DNA of 20,000 bases from Vicugna vicugna. Its lineage: Eukaryota. The DNA is taken from NCBI GenBank assembly GCA_013265495.1, contig MU058441.1, positions 474,528 to 494,527 on the forward strand. The letters run 5' to 3'. This document shows positions 9,295 through 20,000 of the stretch, one piece after another (the first letter of the stretch is position 1; the number at the start of each line of letters is the position of its first letter). Made by a program: the position numbers and the translations under genes. The notes under the pieces were generated by a model. It was given only the letters and a program-made list of their open reading frames with translations. It did no database searches and was not told the DNA's origin.

Positions 9295-9539
9295 AAAGAG
9301 TCACCTTTTCAGTGTCTATGCCTAGTGAGATCACACTTAACTCTGGACGCCCCACCTAGGGACCCCCGTCCTCATTTCTTCCTCCCCCTCCCCTTTCTCC
9401 TTCATCTTTCAGATCTCCCACAAGGCAGATAACAGCCCCACTGATACAAAGGGTTTCAAGAATAGAACAGGGTAATAACACAGTTTATTCTACAGGAATC
9501 AGATAGGATTTTGAACCTAAATCGAGCTTAATATCAAGA

Positions 9540-10145
9540 AAAATATATTTGAGACTAATGAAGGAAAAGAATGTAGTCCAAACGATCCTAAAGCAAACAC
9601 TGGCAAAGAGTATACCACTCGTCTTTCTAACCAGGTAGGATTTCCCACCTGTCCTGAAACCAGACACAACACAAAGCCAATCATTAACACAGCAATTCTC
9701 AAGATTTTCATTTCATGGCCGACTTACAAAATCATCCGCGCAAGTAAGTAACTCCCAGCTGGAGGAATTTGGCTTCGGGGTTTTGCCGGCGGGATCCATA
9801 TCTATAACCCCTTTGATGTTCACCTTTTGCTCCAAATTAAAATAATCAACTGGAAAAATACTGAAAACCAATCTCATCATTTTAATGAGGGACAACAAAG
9901 GAAACAATAAAATCCAACTTCGGTGTCTGATTAAAATTTTGCAAAAATAAACTTGGAAGTTTGATTTCTTCCTGTGATCATCCATGGATATTTTAAGACA
10001 GAAACTAACAGGAAGCAATAGCCAAAACTGTTGTGTTTACAGTGTGAACACAGTTGCTTCTTGCCTCTAATTCTGTTTAATTTGGCAGAAGACATATGGA
10101 TAATGCTTGATGCGATTCTTGATGGAAGAATAGGAAACAAAGAGC
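9540..10145 (+). mobile_element. Highly decayed L1 ORF2 (RT region) fragment overlapping the distal 3'UTR
   Basis: 'aaaaccaatctcatcattttaatgagggacaacaaaggaaacaataaaatccaacttcggtgtctgattaaaatt' is collinear with L1 'aaaaccatatgatcatctcaatagatgcagaaaaagcatttgataaaattcaacatccattcatgataaaaact'. Confidence 0.55.
9946..9951 (+). terminator. Candidate ALOX15 polyadenylation signal (alternative AATAAA at 9906-9911)
   Basis: First AATAAA hexamers after the stop codon; 9946 is followed by T/GT-rich gtttgatttcttcctgtg. Confidence 0.55.
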
Positions 10146-10427
10146 TGAGAAGGGCGGGCAGAGCTTAGCGCTGGGATCTAGGAGAGCCCCCAAGGTCAGA
10201 GAGAGCCTGACACAGCTCCGCCCTGGGAACAGCAGCGTGGTGATTGGTGCAGCGCGGGGAGGAGGAGCAGCTAGAAGAGAAGCGGAGGGAAGGGGTGGCC
10301 TCGTGAAGAACATGTTTGATGCCAGAAGATGAGGCTTGACCTTTAGGAAACAGCCAGTGAAGGATTCTAAGTAAGCGAACGACAGGGTCCTGGAAGTCAC
10401 TCACAGAGGCACCCAGTTCTCCTCGGA

Positions 10428-10483
10428 GGCCACACCCTCTTTTCCTTCGAAGCCACACCCCTTCCCTTTGGGGGCCACACCCT
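10428..10483. promoter_or_regulatory. Cluster of three GCCACACCC (KLF) motifs with an embedded TTC-N4-GAA (STAT6-type) site
   Basis: GCCACACCC at 10429, 10452, 10474; TTCCTTCGAA at 10442-10451. Motifs are seen directly, function is inferred. Confidence 0.5.
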
Positions 10484-10734
10484 TATGATTGATTCCTTGT
10501 GGTTGGATCCTTTCATTCGGACAGCTTTTCTCCTCACTTCCTAACAGAGAAAACTTCACATCCCAGTGCTTTCTGGGAATGAATCTTCTAGAGTCACAGG
10601 TTTATTTCAAACAGGCTTGTATGGAGAAAACCAAGACACATGGTCTGGATGTTCTCCAAGGCATGAAATCATGGATCTTAAGAACCAGTGAAGTTACAGA
10701 ATAAAAAGTGAGATCATAATGAGCTACGTTACTT

Positions 10735-11220
10735 TTTTAAGAGTAAGCTAGGAGTGAAACTTCTGGATCATTTGGTAATTCCATGTTTAACTTTTTGCAG
10801 AACTCTCAAAATGTTTTAAAAAATGGCTATTCCATTTACATTCCCACCAGAAATTTCTCCACATCCTCACCACTGCTTCTTATTTCTTCTTCTTTTGCTT
10901 ATAGCCATCCTAGTGGATGTGAAGTGGTATCTCATTCTGGTTTTAATTTGCATTCTCCTAATGACTAATGACGTTGAGCATCTTTTCACATCCTTAGTGG
11001 CCATTTTTATACCTTCTTTGTGGCAATGTCTATTCAAATCCTTTGTACATTTTAAAATTGGGTTGTTTGTCTTTTTATTATTTAATTATAAGTGTCCTGC
11101 ATATATTCTGATTACTACACCCTTATTAGATACATGATTTGCAAATATTTTCTCTCATTCTGTAGAATGCATTTTTACTTTCTTGATACTATCCTTTGCT
11201 GAAACTTTTATTTTTCTTCA
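10735..11220 (-). mobile_element. L1M-type ORF2 3' fragment
   Basis: 'tagccatcctagtggatgtgaagtggtatctcattctggttttaatttgcattctcctaatgactaatgacgttgagcatcttttc' classic L1 antisense. Confidence 0.88.
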
Positions 11221-11249
11221 AAAGTTTTTGTGTTTGTTGTAGAAGGACA

Positions 11250-11433
11250 TCTTTTTCTTTCATTGCTTTAAAGATGTCTTTCCATTGTCTCTTGACTTAC
11301 ATAATATCTGATAAGAAGTCTGTGATCATTTTAATCTTTATTACATTGTAAATAATGTCTTTTCTCTGAGTGCCTTTAAGCTTTTATCTTTATCAAAAGT
11401 TTTCCACAATTTTCCAGTGATGTGCTTTTGTGT

Positions 11434-11474
<41 letters not shown>

Positions 11475-12762
11475 ATCCTGTCTAGGGTTTAGTGAATTCT
11501 GCAGCTCTGCACAGTTTAAGTTTTTATCAAATTTGGAAGTTTTTCAGCCATTATAGTTTCAAAAAATTTTTATTCCACTTCTCTATTCTTCTCGGACTCC
11601 CACTGTATGTGTGTTAGGCTGCTTGATATTGTTGCACTGGTAATTAAAGCTCTGCATATTTTTTCCTCTGTGGGATTCATTTGGTTAGCTTCTATTGCTA
11701 TGCTTTTAAGGTCTTTGATCTTTTCTCTGCAATGTGTTACCTGCTGTTAATCCCATCCAGTAAAATTTTAATTTCAGCTATTTGTTTTTCTTTCCTCCAG
11801 GCATTCATTTGGCTCTTTTTTATGTCATCGATTTCTCTCTTCATTATATTCATTTTTCCTATAAATATCCGAATATAGTTATAATGTCTGTTTTAATGTC
11901 CTTGTCTTCTGATTCCATCACCTCTCATTTCTCATTCTGTTTCTATTGACTGGTTTTTCTCTTGGTTATGTGTCATATTTTCCTGCCTTTTAGAAGGTCT
12001 AGTAAATTTTGAGTGAATGCCCAGTATTGTGAATGTTACATTGTTGATTGTCTGGATTTTATTATCTTCCTTTACTTGTTGCAAATGTGGCAAGGAGTGA
12101 ATGGTACACCAATCTGTTCCTTCAGGACCTGTTTAGCATTGTTAAGAGTGAGCCTAGAATTTCTTTCCAAGGATAAGTCAGAACTTCGGTCAAGGTGTGA
12201 CCCCCCAACTCAGGTCTCTACTGAATGCCTGAATGATCACTGAGGACCTTCCACCTAGCGTGGTCAAAACTCAAATATCTCTCCATTTTGGGGAGCTCTG
12301 GGGATTCTTCAGCTATCTGCTTTTTTTTTTTTTTTTTTTTTTTTGGCCTCATGGAGTTGGGTTCTTCCTCTGGCCCTGCCACCATACAACCAACACCTTA
12401 AGGATACTCACATGCAGATTTCTTCAGATATTTTAATGCACTGGTCCCACCTCTCTAGAACTCTGTCCTGTAACTTGCAGCTGTCTCAGCTTCCCTAAAC
12501 TCTGATTTCTGTTTCAACTCAGTGAGTCCACTAGAATCTGGTGAGGTACCCTTCCATGTGCTCCCAGTTGGGGAACTGCCTTTAGGAAGAAATCTTATCA
12601 TAAAGATCACCTAATTTGTTTCCCTTTCCTCAGTGATCACAGCCCCGATCTGCCAGCTGTTAAATGTCTTCAAACAATTGTTTCACGTATTTTGTCCAGT
12701 TTTCTAGTTGTTTATATTGGGAAGGTAAGTCCATTCCTTGTTACTTTATTATGGCTGCAAAT
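11250..12762 (-). mobile_element. Old L1 (L1MC/L1M4-type) 5'UTR + ORF1 fragment
   Basis: 'tttaaagatgtctttccattgtctcttgac...ctgataagaagtctg', 'tttttatcaaatttggaagtttttcagccattat', 5' terminus 'gggaaggtaagtccattccttgttactttattatggctg'. Confidence 0.78.
11436..11471. repeat. (TG)18 microsatellite
   Basis: Perfect dinucleotide run. Confidence 0.97.
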
Positions 12763-12957
12763 ATAATAAACCCAAGAACTATTTTCAAGTTACAGTTATC
12801 GGTCACATTTTTGCTGTTATACTGGATAATTGTGATTGGATACCATACATTATAAACATGTTGTTAAGTATTTTAATGTCTTCCATAAGAGTATCAGTCT
12901 TTTTTTTTTCTGATATGTAGCTTTATCTTCTCAAGGCTTGTTTTTGTTTGAAGTTTC

Positions 12958-13089
12958 CTTTTCTTTGCCGGTTGGGGGAGGTAATTAGATTTGTTTGTTT
13001 GTTCGTTTGCATTTAATGGAGGTACTGGGAATTGCACCCAGGACCTTGTGCATGCTAAGCACTCTGCCACTGAGTTATACCTTCTCCCC
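12958..13089 (-). mobile_element. Camelid SINE (Vic-1-like)
   Basis: gggggaggtaattagatttg...ggaggtactgggaattgcacccaggaccttgtgcatgctaagcactctgccactgagttataccttctcccc. Confidence 0.88.
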
Positions 13090-13149
13090 TGTTTTTGAAT
13101 CTTTATGAGAGCTAGTCTATAGTAGTTACACGGTAGTTATAGTAGTTAG

Positions 13150-13350
13150 AAGGTAGGTGTTGATCGGTTTTTACTTTATTCACCTTATTCCTAACCTGTT
13201 GCCTTTTGGGGTTTCTACTGAATGACCTGAGTATTCAACAAAGTTTCTTTAGCCTGACTGGTTGGAGCTAGAATGTCCTTCAGTCCTGTGAGAGCTTTGT
13301 ACTTCTTTAATGTATACTTCTCATAAATCATTCTTTCTCCAGACTCGTGG
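13150..13350 (-). mobile_element. Old L1 5'-region fragment
   Basis: 'ggggtttctactgaatgacctgag' parallels 'caggtctctactgaatgcctgaat' (about 12211-12234) inside the neighbouring L1. Confidence 0.45.
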
Positions 13351-14021
13351 GTTTTCTGGCATCCAAACTTCCTTTCTATCATCCAGAACTGTATCTGGCA
13401 ATTTATTGCCCAATCTAGAAAGCTGTTAGAATCCCAGTCAGATATGCCAAACAACATAACAGAACTCAGAATCTCTGTTAAATTCACCTATATCGACAAT
13501 TTCAGCCTGATGCAAAATAATATTCCTTTTTCCTTGGCTGATCGCCCTCAAAATTCACTTTCCAGAGAAGTCCTCGCAATTGTGCTCATATTACTAAACA
13601 AAATATCTCTAATCTTCTCCACATGTGAACTTTCTCTTTCAGACTCTGATTTCACATATACATGTATTTTACCTTGACATGCATGCTGTATCTGAGTATT
13701 TATGCCACTAAATACTGGGATCCCATTCTGATTACAAGATCTTGATGAGGAGTAGGTCATAAGGGGAGTTATAGCTTGTTTTTCTTGCACAGGGTCTTCC
13801 TCTAGAGAGGTGGTAACAGCATGTCTGAGCTAGGGAGTGGCAGCTTCTTCAGGAAAGGAGAGTGAGGGAGGTTCATCCCAACCAAATGTGGATGCCAGGA
13901 GCAGGAGTCTCGTTCTTGGGTGCCCACTTAACTATGGAATTTCACCTAAAGGGAATAATCAGAAGATAAAGTTCTATGAACTCTTCCCTTAAGTAACAGC
14001 TCGGCTATCAATATTAGAGCC

Positions 14022-15046
14022 TGTTGAGTCCAGGGCAACAAGGGTTCCTGCTTATGGATGGGCGCCACAGGACATAAGAAACACACAGACAGAGAATCAA
14101 ACATGGGACCAGGGGACTCCAGATCTCAAGGATCAACGGCCTCGAATGGCTGATTCGCATCTTATTTATTATCATCGTGCTGCAGTGCTGGAAAGCAAGC
14201 AGCTAGAAAACAAGCTGCACCTAAATTGCCATGAGCTTAAAATCTTATAGTCACACTTACTTGCTTAAAATGCACATGCTTGCTTTGTTTTAATGTTTTA
14301 TGCAGTAGAGGACCTAAAACACGTGTTGTGCTAAAGACAATTTGTGAGGGGCCATCCTGAGATTGACCATAAGGGTGCGAAGGAGGGCAGATATTTCCTT
14401 AGGGTAAAACAATGGCCGGTCTTGGAAAGCCAGATCATCCATTAGCAGAACTTGGTTCTGGCAGGAAAGCGTGCGGTTTAACCCCGGGGAAATATTGGCT
14501 ATCTCGAGATGTCCCACAGGGAATACCAGGATAGACTTAGAAATTTTGCATCCCCTGAGGAGGGTGATTGCTCCTGGAAGGGATAGGCCTGAAATTAATC
14601 GGTTAATCGGAGGCAGAATTTAGTGCTTATCACGTGGAGTATCTGAAGCCCCACTTCTTTGACCACATTTTGTTCTGAGCTGTATACCCCTAATAAACAT
14701 GATGTCTGACCAGGCTTTCGGCATCCTAGATCCACGAGATCTTGGTTTCCTGGTCCCATCTTTGCTCCTTTGTCTCTTTCTTAAGTTTTGCGTCGCCCGT
14801 CCTCAGACGCAGTCCCGAGCTGCTCTGGACGCAGCACTGCGGGAAATAACTTTGAAGAATTCAGTGCAGGGATAGCAGTCTACAAACCCCTAGTACTCCA
14901 AGAAGAGCGAAGCAGTAATAATCATCTTTATGACTCCATCTGTTCCCCTTGTGAGGGTCCTACAAACTTCACAGACTTTAATGACTCCCTTAGGCACACA
15001 GCATTGTGCATGTGCCGGAGCTCATGCGGGGCTCAGCGCTCCGACA
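14022..15046 (-). mobile_element. ERV2/betaretrovirus-like LTR (outer), split by a nested LTR
   Basis: Minus strand: TGTCGG... start (tentative, 15046), AATAAA (TTTATT 14165-14170), U5 ending ...CTCAACA (14022); R-U5 homologous to the nested LTR. Confidence 0.65.
14186..14836 (+). mobile_element. ERV2/betaretrovirus-like solo LTR (inner, 651 bp)
   Basis: TGCTG...CAGCA inverted termini, AATAAA at 14692-14697, 6-bp TSD CTGCAG (14180-14185) / CTGCGG (14837-14842), CpGs retained. Confidence 0.85.
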
Positions 15047-15049
15047 CCA

Positions 15050-15478
15050 GCACTGCCTGCCCTTAGGAAGCACCTTAGTTCCGAGCCGCACCCCAGGCCC
15101 ACGCTAGGGAACTTCTTATTTTCTTGTTCTCATGGAGACAAATTCTACTGAGGTAGCCAAATGGAGGAAAAGCGTCAGATCAGCCTCTTACCTAACCACT
15201 CAGTCCAAACCCTCAAGTCTCCACTGGGTGAGTATTTCCCCCCAGTATCTCTCAACAGGAAGGCCAGGTACCCGGATACACTGCCAAATAAAACTCAGGA
15301 TCATCAACAATATGGGAGATCTGAGAAACAGGAGAGAGTCACCCAAATTCGTCTGGACTCCCTGAGGAGGTGGATGGATACAAGGAGCCTCTGCTGGTAC
15401 CAAGGCTCCAGTCCCTTGTAGAGTTCAGGCGAAGGAGAGAAGTGTGCTCTGGGTCCCTTCCTATGTGGTCACCAAAAC
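15050..15478 (-). mobile_element. ERV1 internal 5' leader with Arg-type primer-binding site (15453-15474)
   Basis: Immediately after the LTR on the minus strand: GTTT-TGGTGACCAC(ATAG)GAAGGGAC versus tRNA-Arg PBS TGGCGACCACGAAGGGAC; left boundary approximate. Confidence 0.7.
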
Positions 15479-15948
15479 TGTTGACTGAAATAAAAGCATA
15501 CAATGTGAGAGTTGTGGGTTAAGTTTTATTCGGGGCAAAATGAGGACTATAGCCCGGGAGACAGCATCTCAGATAGCTCTGGGAAGCTGCTGTGAAGAGG
15601 CAGGGGGGACAGTCAGCATTATATATGATTTTTAGTGAAGAGGGGGTACGTGCAGGCAAGCCCACATTTAGGCAGAGGCTTGCTGCTACTGCGGGGACAT
15701 GTCACCATTAATAATTCTAGTGCTTTTCTAGATAGGAGGAGATGCAAGAATTTGAGCTCATAGAATCTTCTCCTGAAAGTACCTAACTACCTGAACGTCT
15801 GTTGTGCCAGTTTTCCTAGAGCACAGAGTGCCTCATTCCCAGTCTCCATCCTGAACCCCTTTCAGGGTTTGTTGGAGGCCAGTGGCTGAAGTGGCTCGTG
15901 ATGTAATCCAAGCAGAGTTTGATGGCAAGTGCCAATTTTTAGTTGGCA
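15479..15948 (-). mobile_element. ERV1 (MER41-like) 5' LTR, 470 bp
   Basis: Minus strand TGCCAAC...GTCAACA termini, AATAAA (TTTATT near 15526), followed by PBS. Confidence 0.85.
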
Positions 15949-16339
15949 TAGGAAAGGAAATAAAAAAGGTCAGAATTTGGAGAATTATTGAAAAGCAGAT
16001 GTGGGTTTGTGGACCAACACTTCCTCTGCTCTCTGAATCCCAGGGGCTCCAAGTGAGAATGGAAGAGAATGGCCTGAGGTCAGCGAACTTCAACAGGAAC
16101 CTCTCCCAGCAGCCCAGGTAAAAGACACAAAAAATCACAGCGTCACAGACTTTGACAGCCATGACACTGAAGAAAATCTTCAGGATTCAAGAATCAACAA
16201 GTCAAAAAGAAGATTTAGGAGAAGTGTCAGTAGAGAACAAAGGGCAGAAGTCAACATCCACGGGATCAACTAGGGAACAGATGACTAGGATATGAATCAG
16301 CGAGGGGCCGGGACGCTTTCTGGGATCATCCACTTGCAT

Positions 16340-16458
16340 TTTGGGTGCTTTGGAGGACATCTCTTCACCTTTTTGAATTTGAATGTCTTTATTTACAGAA
16401 GTGGTTTAGTAATACCTATCTCACTGAGCTTTTGCAAGGATTAAATAAAACATAGTTC
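16340..16458 (+). mobile_element. MIR core fragment
   Basis: 'agtaatacctatctcactgagcttttgcaaggattaaataaaa' matches MIR core. Confidence 0.6.
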
Positions 16459-17142
16459 ATTTTTTTTGCTCCACCAGAAAACTGAATGTAGTCACTTCCT
16501 CCTTGAGAGTGTTGGTGGCACTTGAATCATATACCTGGGAGAATCAACCTCTGCTTCCTCCGGCTTGCAGCAACTGCTGGGAAAGAGATTATGGCAAAGA
16601 ATTGATCCTGTTAACAGTCAATGTCTCTGCCTTTACTTTAGGCTGCTGAAACAGTATACTGGTCAAAAGAACCAAATTCCTCCATACAATAAAATGGGAA
16701 GAATTTTCACTTTCCAAAAACACTTGAAGTCAGAGTAGGGGTTGGAGGGAGCACTGTGAGAGTGACTAGCAAGAAACAGAGAGCGGAGAGGGAGAATGAG
16801 ACCTGAGCAACATGGCGTGTGTATGTGTGTGTTTGAGAATGTTTGTGCGTGTGTTTGGGAGAGAAGTACTGGGAATAAAGACAACAGAGTGAAATTCCGG
16901 TTGTCAGGAACAGACATAAAACATTTAACAAATATGAGTCTCTTACAGTAAGTGTTATAGTTATTGCTGGGTTAAGTGATGACATTACCCATAATCCACT
17001 GCATCCATCTTTACAAAGCCTCTGTTGCATGACTGCATGAGCAATAAGATTCTTGGAGGGATAACTTTTAAGTTTGGGTCATCAGGACAGAGCAGGGACC
17101 AGAACCAGTAGGCAAGCAGTGAATGAGGTCAAGAAATTAGTG

Positions 17143-17234
17143 GGGGAGGGTGTAGCTCAAGTGGTAGAGTGCATGCTTACCATGCACAAGGTCCGGGGTT
17201 CAGTCCCCAGTACCCCCTCTAAAAACATTAATAA
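17143..17234 (+). mobile_element. Camelid SINE (Vic-1-like), short form
   Basis: GGGGAGGGTGTAGCTCAAGTGGTAGAGTGCATGCTTACCATGCACAAGGTCCGGGGTTCAGTCCCCAGTACC + A tail; TSD AAGAAATTAGTG (17131-17142) / AAGAAATTAATG (17235-17246). Confidence 0.92.
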
Positions 17235-18119
17235 AAGAAATTAATGAGTGAAAGGTATTAGAAGAAGAACAGATGAAAGGAAATGTAGATTAAATTTGGA
17301 ACGATAGGCAGAGACCCCTAAGCTAGGCAGCCTCTGCCACCTCTGCTGCCCCAGGGGGGAGTCACTTCTCACTCGGGGTTTAACATGGCTTGTCCAAGAT
17401 GGACAGAGAAATTTGAAAAGGGGTAGCACAGCCATTCTGGTTCAGCTCTGGGACTGTGACACCCGGGTCCCTGAGAAGTAGAGAACATCTTGCATCAAGA
17501 ATAGGAAGAGGGGTGTGGTGAACATCGAAACTGTGAGATGAGAAATGCCTTGAAAAATCTTCTGTTTCACTCATATCTGCTCAATTCTCTCTCTCGCTTG
17601 CCTCTTATTGGAAAAGAAGAGTCTGTTTTTATCTGAGGCCACTCCTCCCACTCCCATCATGTTGTTTCTCCATCTGCTATGACTTCTGTAGCCTGCATCT
17701 TCAACATTTCTTCTCCTTTGCCATCCAAATAGCCTCAAACCTATTTTATCCCAAAGAAAACCCCTCCCTGTTCACTCACACTTCTTGCTGCATTCCATCC
17801 TATTTTCTGCTAAACATGTTTCCATAACATCAGAATGACCTCCATATATGCATCTTGCCTGACATTCATTCATTCATTCATTGCTTATAGCTGTAGGGAT
17901 TTTTCTGGTTTTTTTCCTAAAGCACACATTCTATACTCTAAAACTCAAATAATGAAAAAGATTCATAGTGAAAAACAACAGTTCTGCCAACTCCCAATCC
18001 CAATATTTAAATATTTATGGCCCATATCTTGCAGTTGGTTGAGTCTCTTTTAGTCTGTATGTCTCCTGCTTCTTTCCTTTATTTTTTTGCAATGTATATG
18101 TTGATGGAAGTAGGTTTTT

Positions 18120-18450
18120 GTCTCCCAACATGGATTTTGCTAGTTATTTGTCCATAGTGTTTTTTAACATGTTTCTTTGTCCTCTATATTTTCCATATAT
18201 TTGTAGTTATATCCACAGATTGGATGAGAAACACTAACCTTTTTTGTTGCAAGATGACTTCAGAAGTGGTGCTAAGCATTTCCACCATGAAATAGCTGTG
18301 TGGACGGCACGTGATGTTCGGCAGTCTCTTGTGAATTTAGCCACCAGAGGTAATTGTTTCCTCAATTTAATATTTTATCACAGGTTGCACACTGTTGGTA
18401 TTCTAATTACAATATTCCTATCTCTTTTAGTAGCTGGAATATAGAGAAAG
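18120..18450 (-). mobile_element. L1MC4/5-like 3' fragment
   Basis: 'tgtcctctatattttcc...gcaagatgacttcagaagtggtg...ggttgcacactgttggtattctaattac...tagctggaata'. Confidence 0.6.
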
Positions 18451-18793
18451 TCAATATGAGAAGTAGAATTTTCCATTGAGATGTCTGGATTGGAAATCGG
18501 CAAGAACATGGAATTGGAATTGGCTTAAGGTTCCTTTATTGTCAAATCAGCAAGTACACGGAATAAAGGATAGACAAATGGTCAGGCATGAAGGGCTGGC
18601 ATAGGATAGTTATTATTCCATGTTGACTCCTTTTTCTTGTGGTGCTTGCTGGCTGCTCAATGTCCTCACACAGAGTGGAGACCCACCAAGGCAGAAAGTC
18701 TGGAATGACAGCGTCGGGTTCACGGAACAGTGCAGGGCATGCTCCACCAGTGCTCAGGGGTCCACGTTACTAATATGTACAGACATTCTTGAT

Positions 18794-19409
18794 GTGTAAC
18801 ACCTATATACTTCTCTTTTCTACTTCTTTCTTTTTCACTACGCCCAGGGCAGGCTTAACTCTGACAGCCACACCTTAGCAAGGGGCTTAGGGTTTACTTC
18901 ATATTTACCAGGAGCTATTAGAAGGGCTTAAACAGCTGACATGCTAACTTCTATTGGGAGAGGTGATCTGCCACGTGCCCTCGGGGTCCCTGAAACTTCC
19001 TGCTGGTTTTGTCAGGAATGCGAGGTCCTGACTGCTCTTTACTTGGGCTATTTCTTGGGATTGTATTTGCAGCCAGCAACCATGAGGGATGAGGTAACGG
19101 TCCCCATGGACAAAGAATGGACATGAATCTACTCCCTATATATGTAATATGTCCCCCAAACTCCATGGTCTCTCCTATAATGCAACCCGTATGTGTGGTC
19201 CATCTTCTAGCCCACCGGCATCACCCTCCCAGTACTTGGGAGGGTAAGAGGAACTGATGTGGATATGAAGCTCTTGCTATTGCTTTTTCTGAGCAAAAAT
19301 GTCTTTTGTCTACAAAGTGGAACTCTTGTGTCTTCTGTGACCTCCCCAAACAGGCTACCTGGCTAGTTTTCAAGTAGGTAAAGGCCCAGACCCTTCACAG
19401 ATCTTGACA
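18794..19409 (+). mobile_element. Old ERVL-class solo LTR (MER54-like)
   Basis: 3' end 'caagtaggtaaaggcccagacccttcacagatcttgaca' and internal 'gagggatgaggtaac' match remembered MER54-group consensus; 5' boundary approximate. Confidence 0.6.
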
Positions 19410-19960
19410 CTTTACACTTACCCAACTGGCAAAAGTTAAATAGTGATAACTGTCTCTGCTGGTAGGGATGTATAGAAAAGGACACTCTGAATCCACACTA
19501 CAGCCTTCTGGGAAAGTAATTTGATGATACCTAACAGACACTGATGGATACTTTTCTTCAAATTCACTGAGCTGCATACATTAAATATGTAACAGTTTTT
19601 TACATGTCAATCATACTTCAATAAAGTTTTTTTAAAGATACTATAGAATATAAAACCTACGCATAACATGTCACTCTGAAAACTCATTTCTTGAATCTAT
19701 CCTATAAAAATGAAATCTCCTGTCCATCAGGGTAGGCATGCAAAGGTGACTAAAGCCCTTATCATTTTTGAAGGTACTGGTAACAATCGTCACACTCATC
19801 AAGAGGGGAATCCTTAAAACTAATGAAAAGAGTAGTTAGATCTCTTTCTATTGATCTGAAGATATTCCCATCCTTATAAATTGTAGAAATCAAGCTCCCA
19901 GAAAAAAGTGATAGTGTCCATTTCGGGGGAAAGAATGACCAAAACTACAAGGTAACAATT
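19410..19960 (+). mobile_element. Decayed L1ME-type fragments, with an L1 3' terminus at about 19545-19636
   Basis: 'ctggcaaaagttaaatagtgataac...gctggtagggatgt', 'aattcactgagctgcatacattaaatatgt...tgtcaatcatacttcaataaag'. Confidence 0.55.
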
Positions 19961-20000
19961 CTACAAAAGAAAGCAAAGTTGATGGAGGAGGCCAAGATGG

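Noticed and set aside
9485..10140. Several minus-strand ORFs suggesting a retrogene or endogenous viral element
   Set aside because: No coherent protein; better explained as ALOX15 3'UTR and decayed sense L1 (T-rich antisense strands give spurious ORFs)
10428..10483. CRISPR-like or other prokaryotic repeat-spacer interpretation
   Set aside because: Only 9-bp motifs, three copies, in clearly mammalian DNA with no cas or bacterial genes
10783..12920. Hydrophobic + strand ORFs resembling membrane peptides
   Set aside because: Antisense readings of L1 fragments
17143..17215. tRNA-like sequence
   Set aside because: Has A-rich tail, TSD and multiple diverged copies: a SINE, not a tRNA gene

Overview
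Mammalian genomic DNA, very probably camelid (five copies of a tRNA-derived Vic-1-like SINE). The only host gene is the 3' half of arachidonate lipoxygenase ALOX15 on the + strand: six GT-AG exons (9-14, 7297-9182, 828 nt, open frame, 275 aa + stop) and a 3'UTR with DICE-like CU-rich units and AATAAA signals. I could not find exons 1-8 in the 7.3 kb upstream. Those 7.3 kb are mostly repeats and end in a young L1 whose two flanks do not form a target-site duplication, so this may be a rearranged partial ALOX15 copy rather than the intact gene. The rest is interspersed repeats (L1, HAL1, MLT1, MER63, MIR, ERV LTRs). Notable items are a 24-bp perfect hairpin, a SINE-in-L1-in-HAL1 nest with a twin-priming inversion, an LTR inserted inversely inside a related LTR, a truncated ERV1 provirus with an Arg-type PBS, and a KLF x3 + STAT6 motif cluster just downstream of the gene. 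Protein and repeat-family assignments come from remembered consensus sequences, not from searches. I found no evidence of a wholly new biological system.
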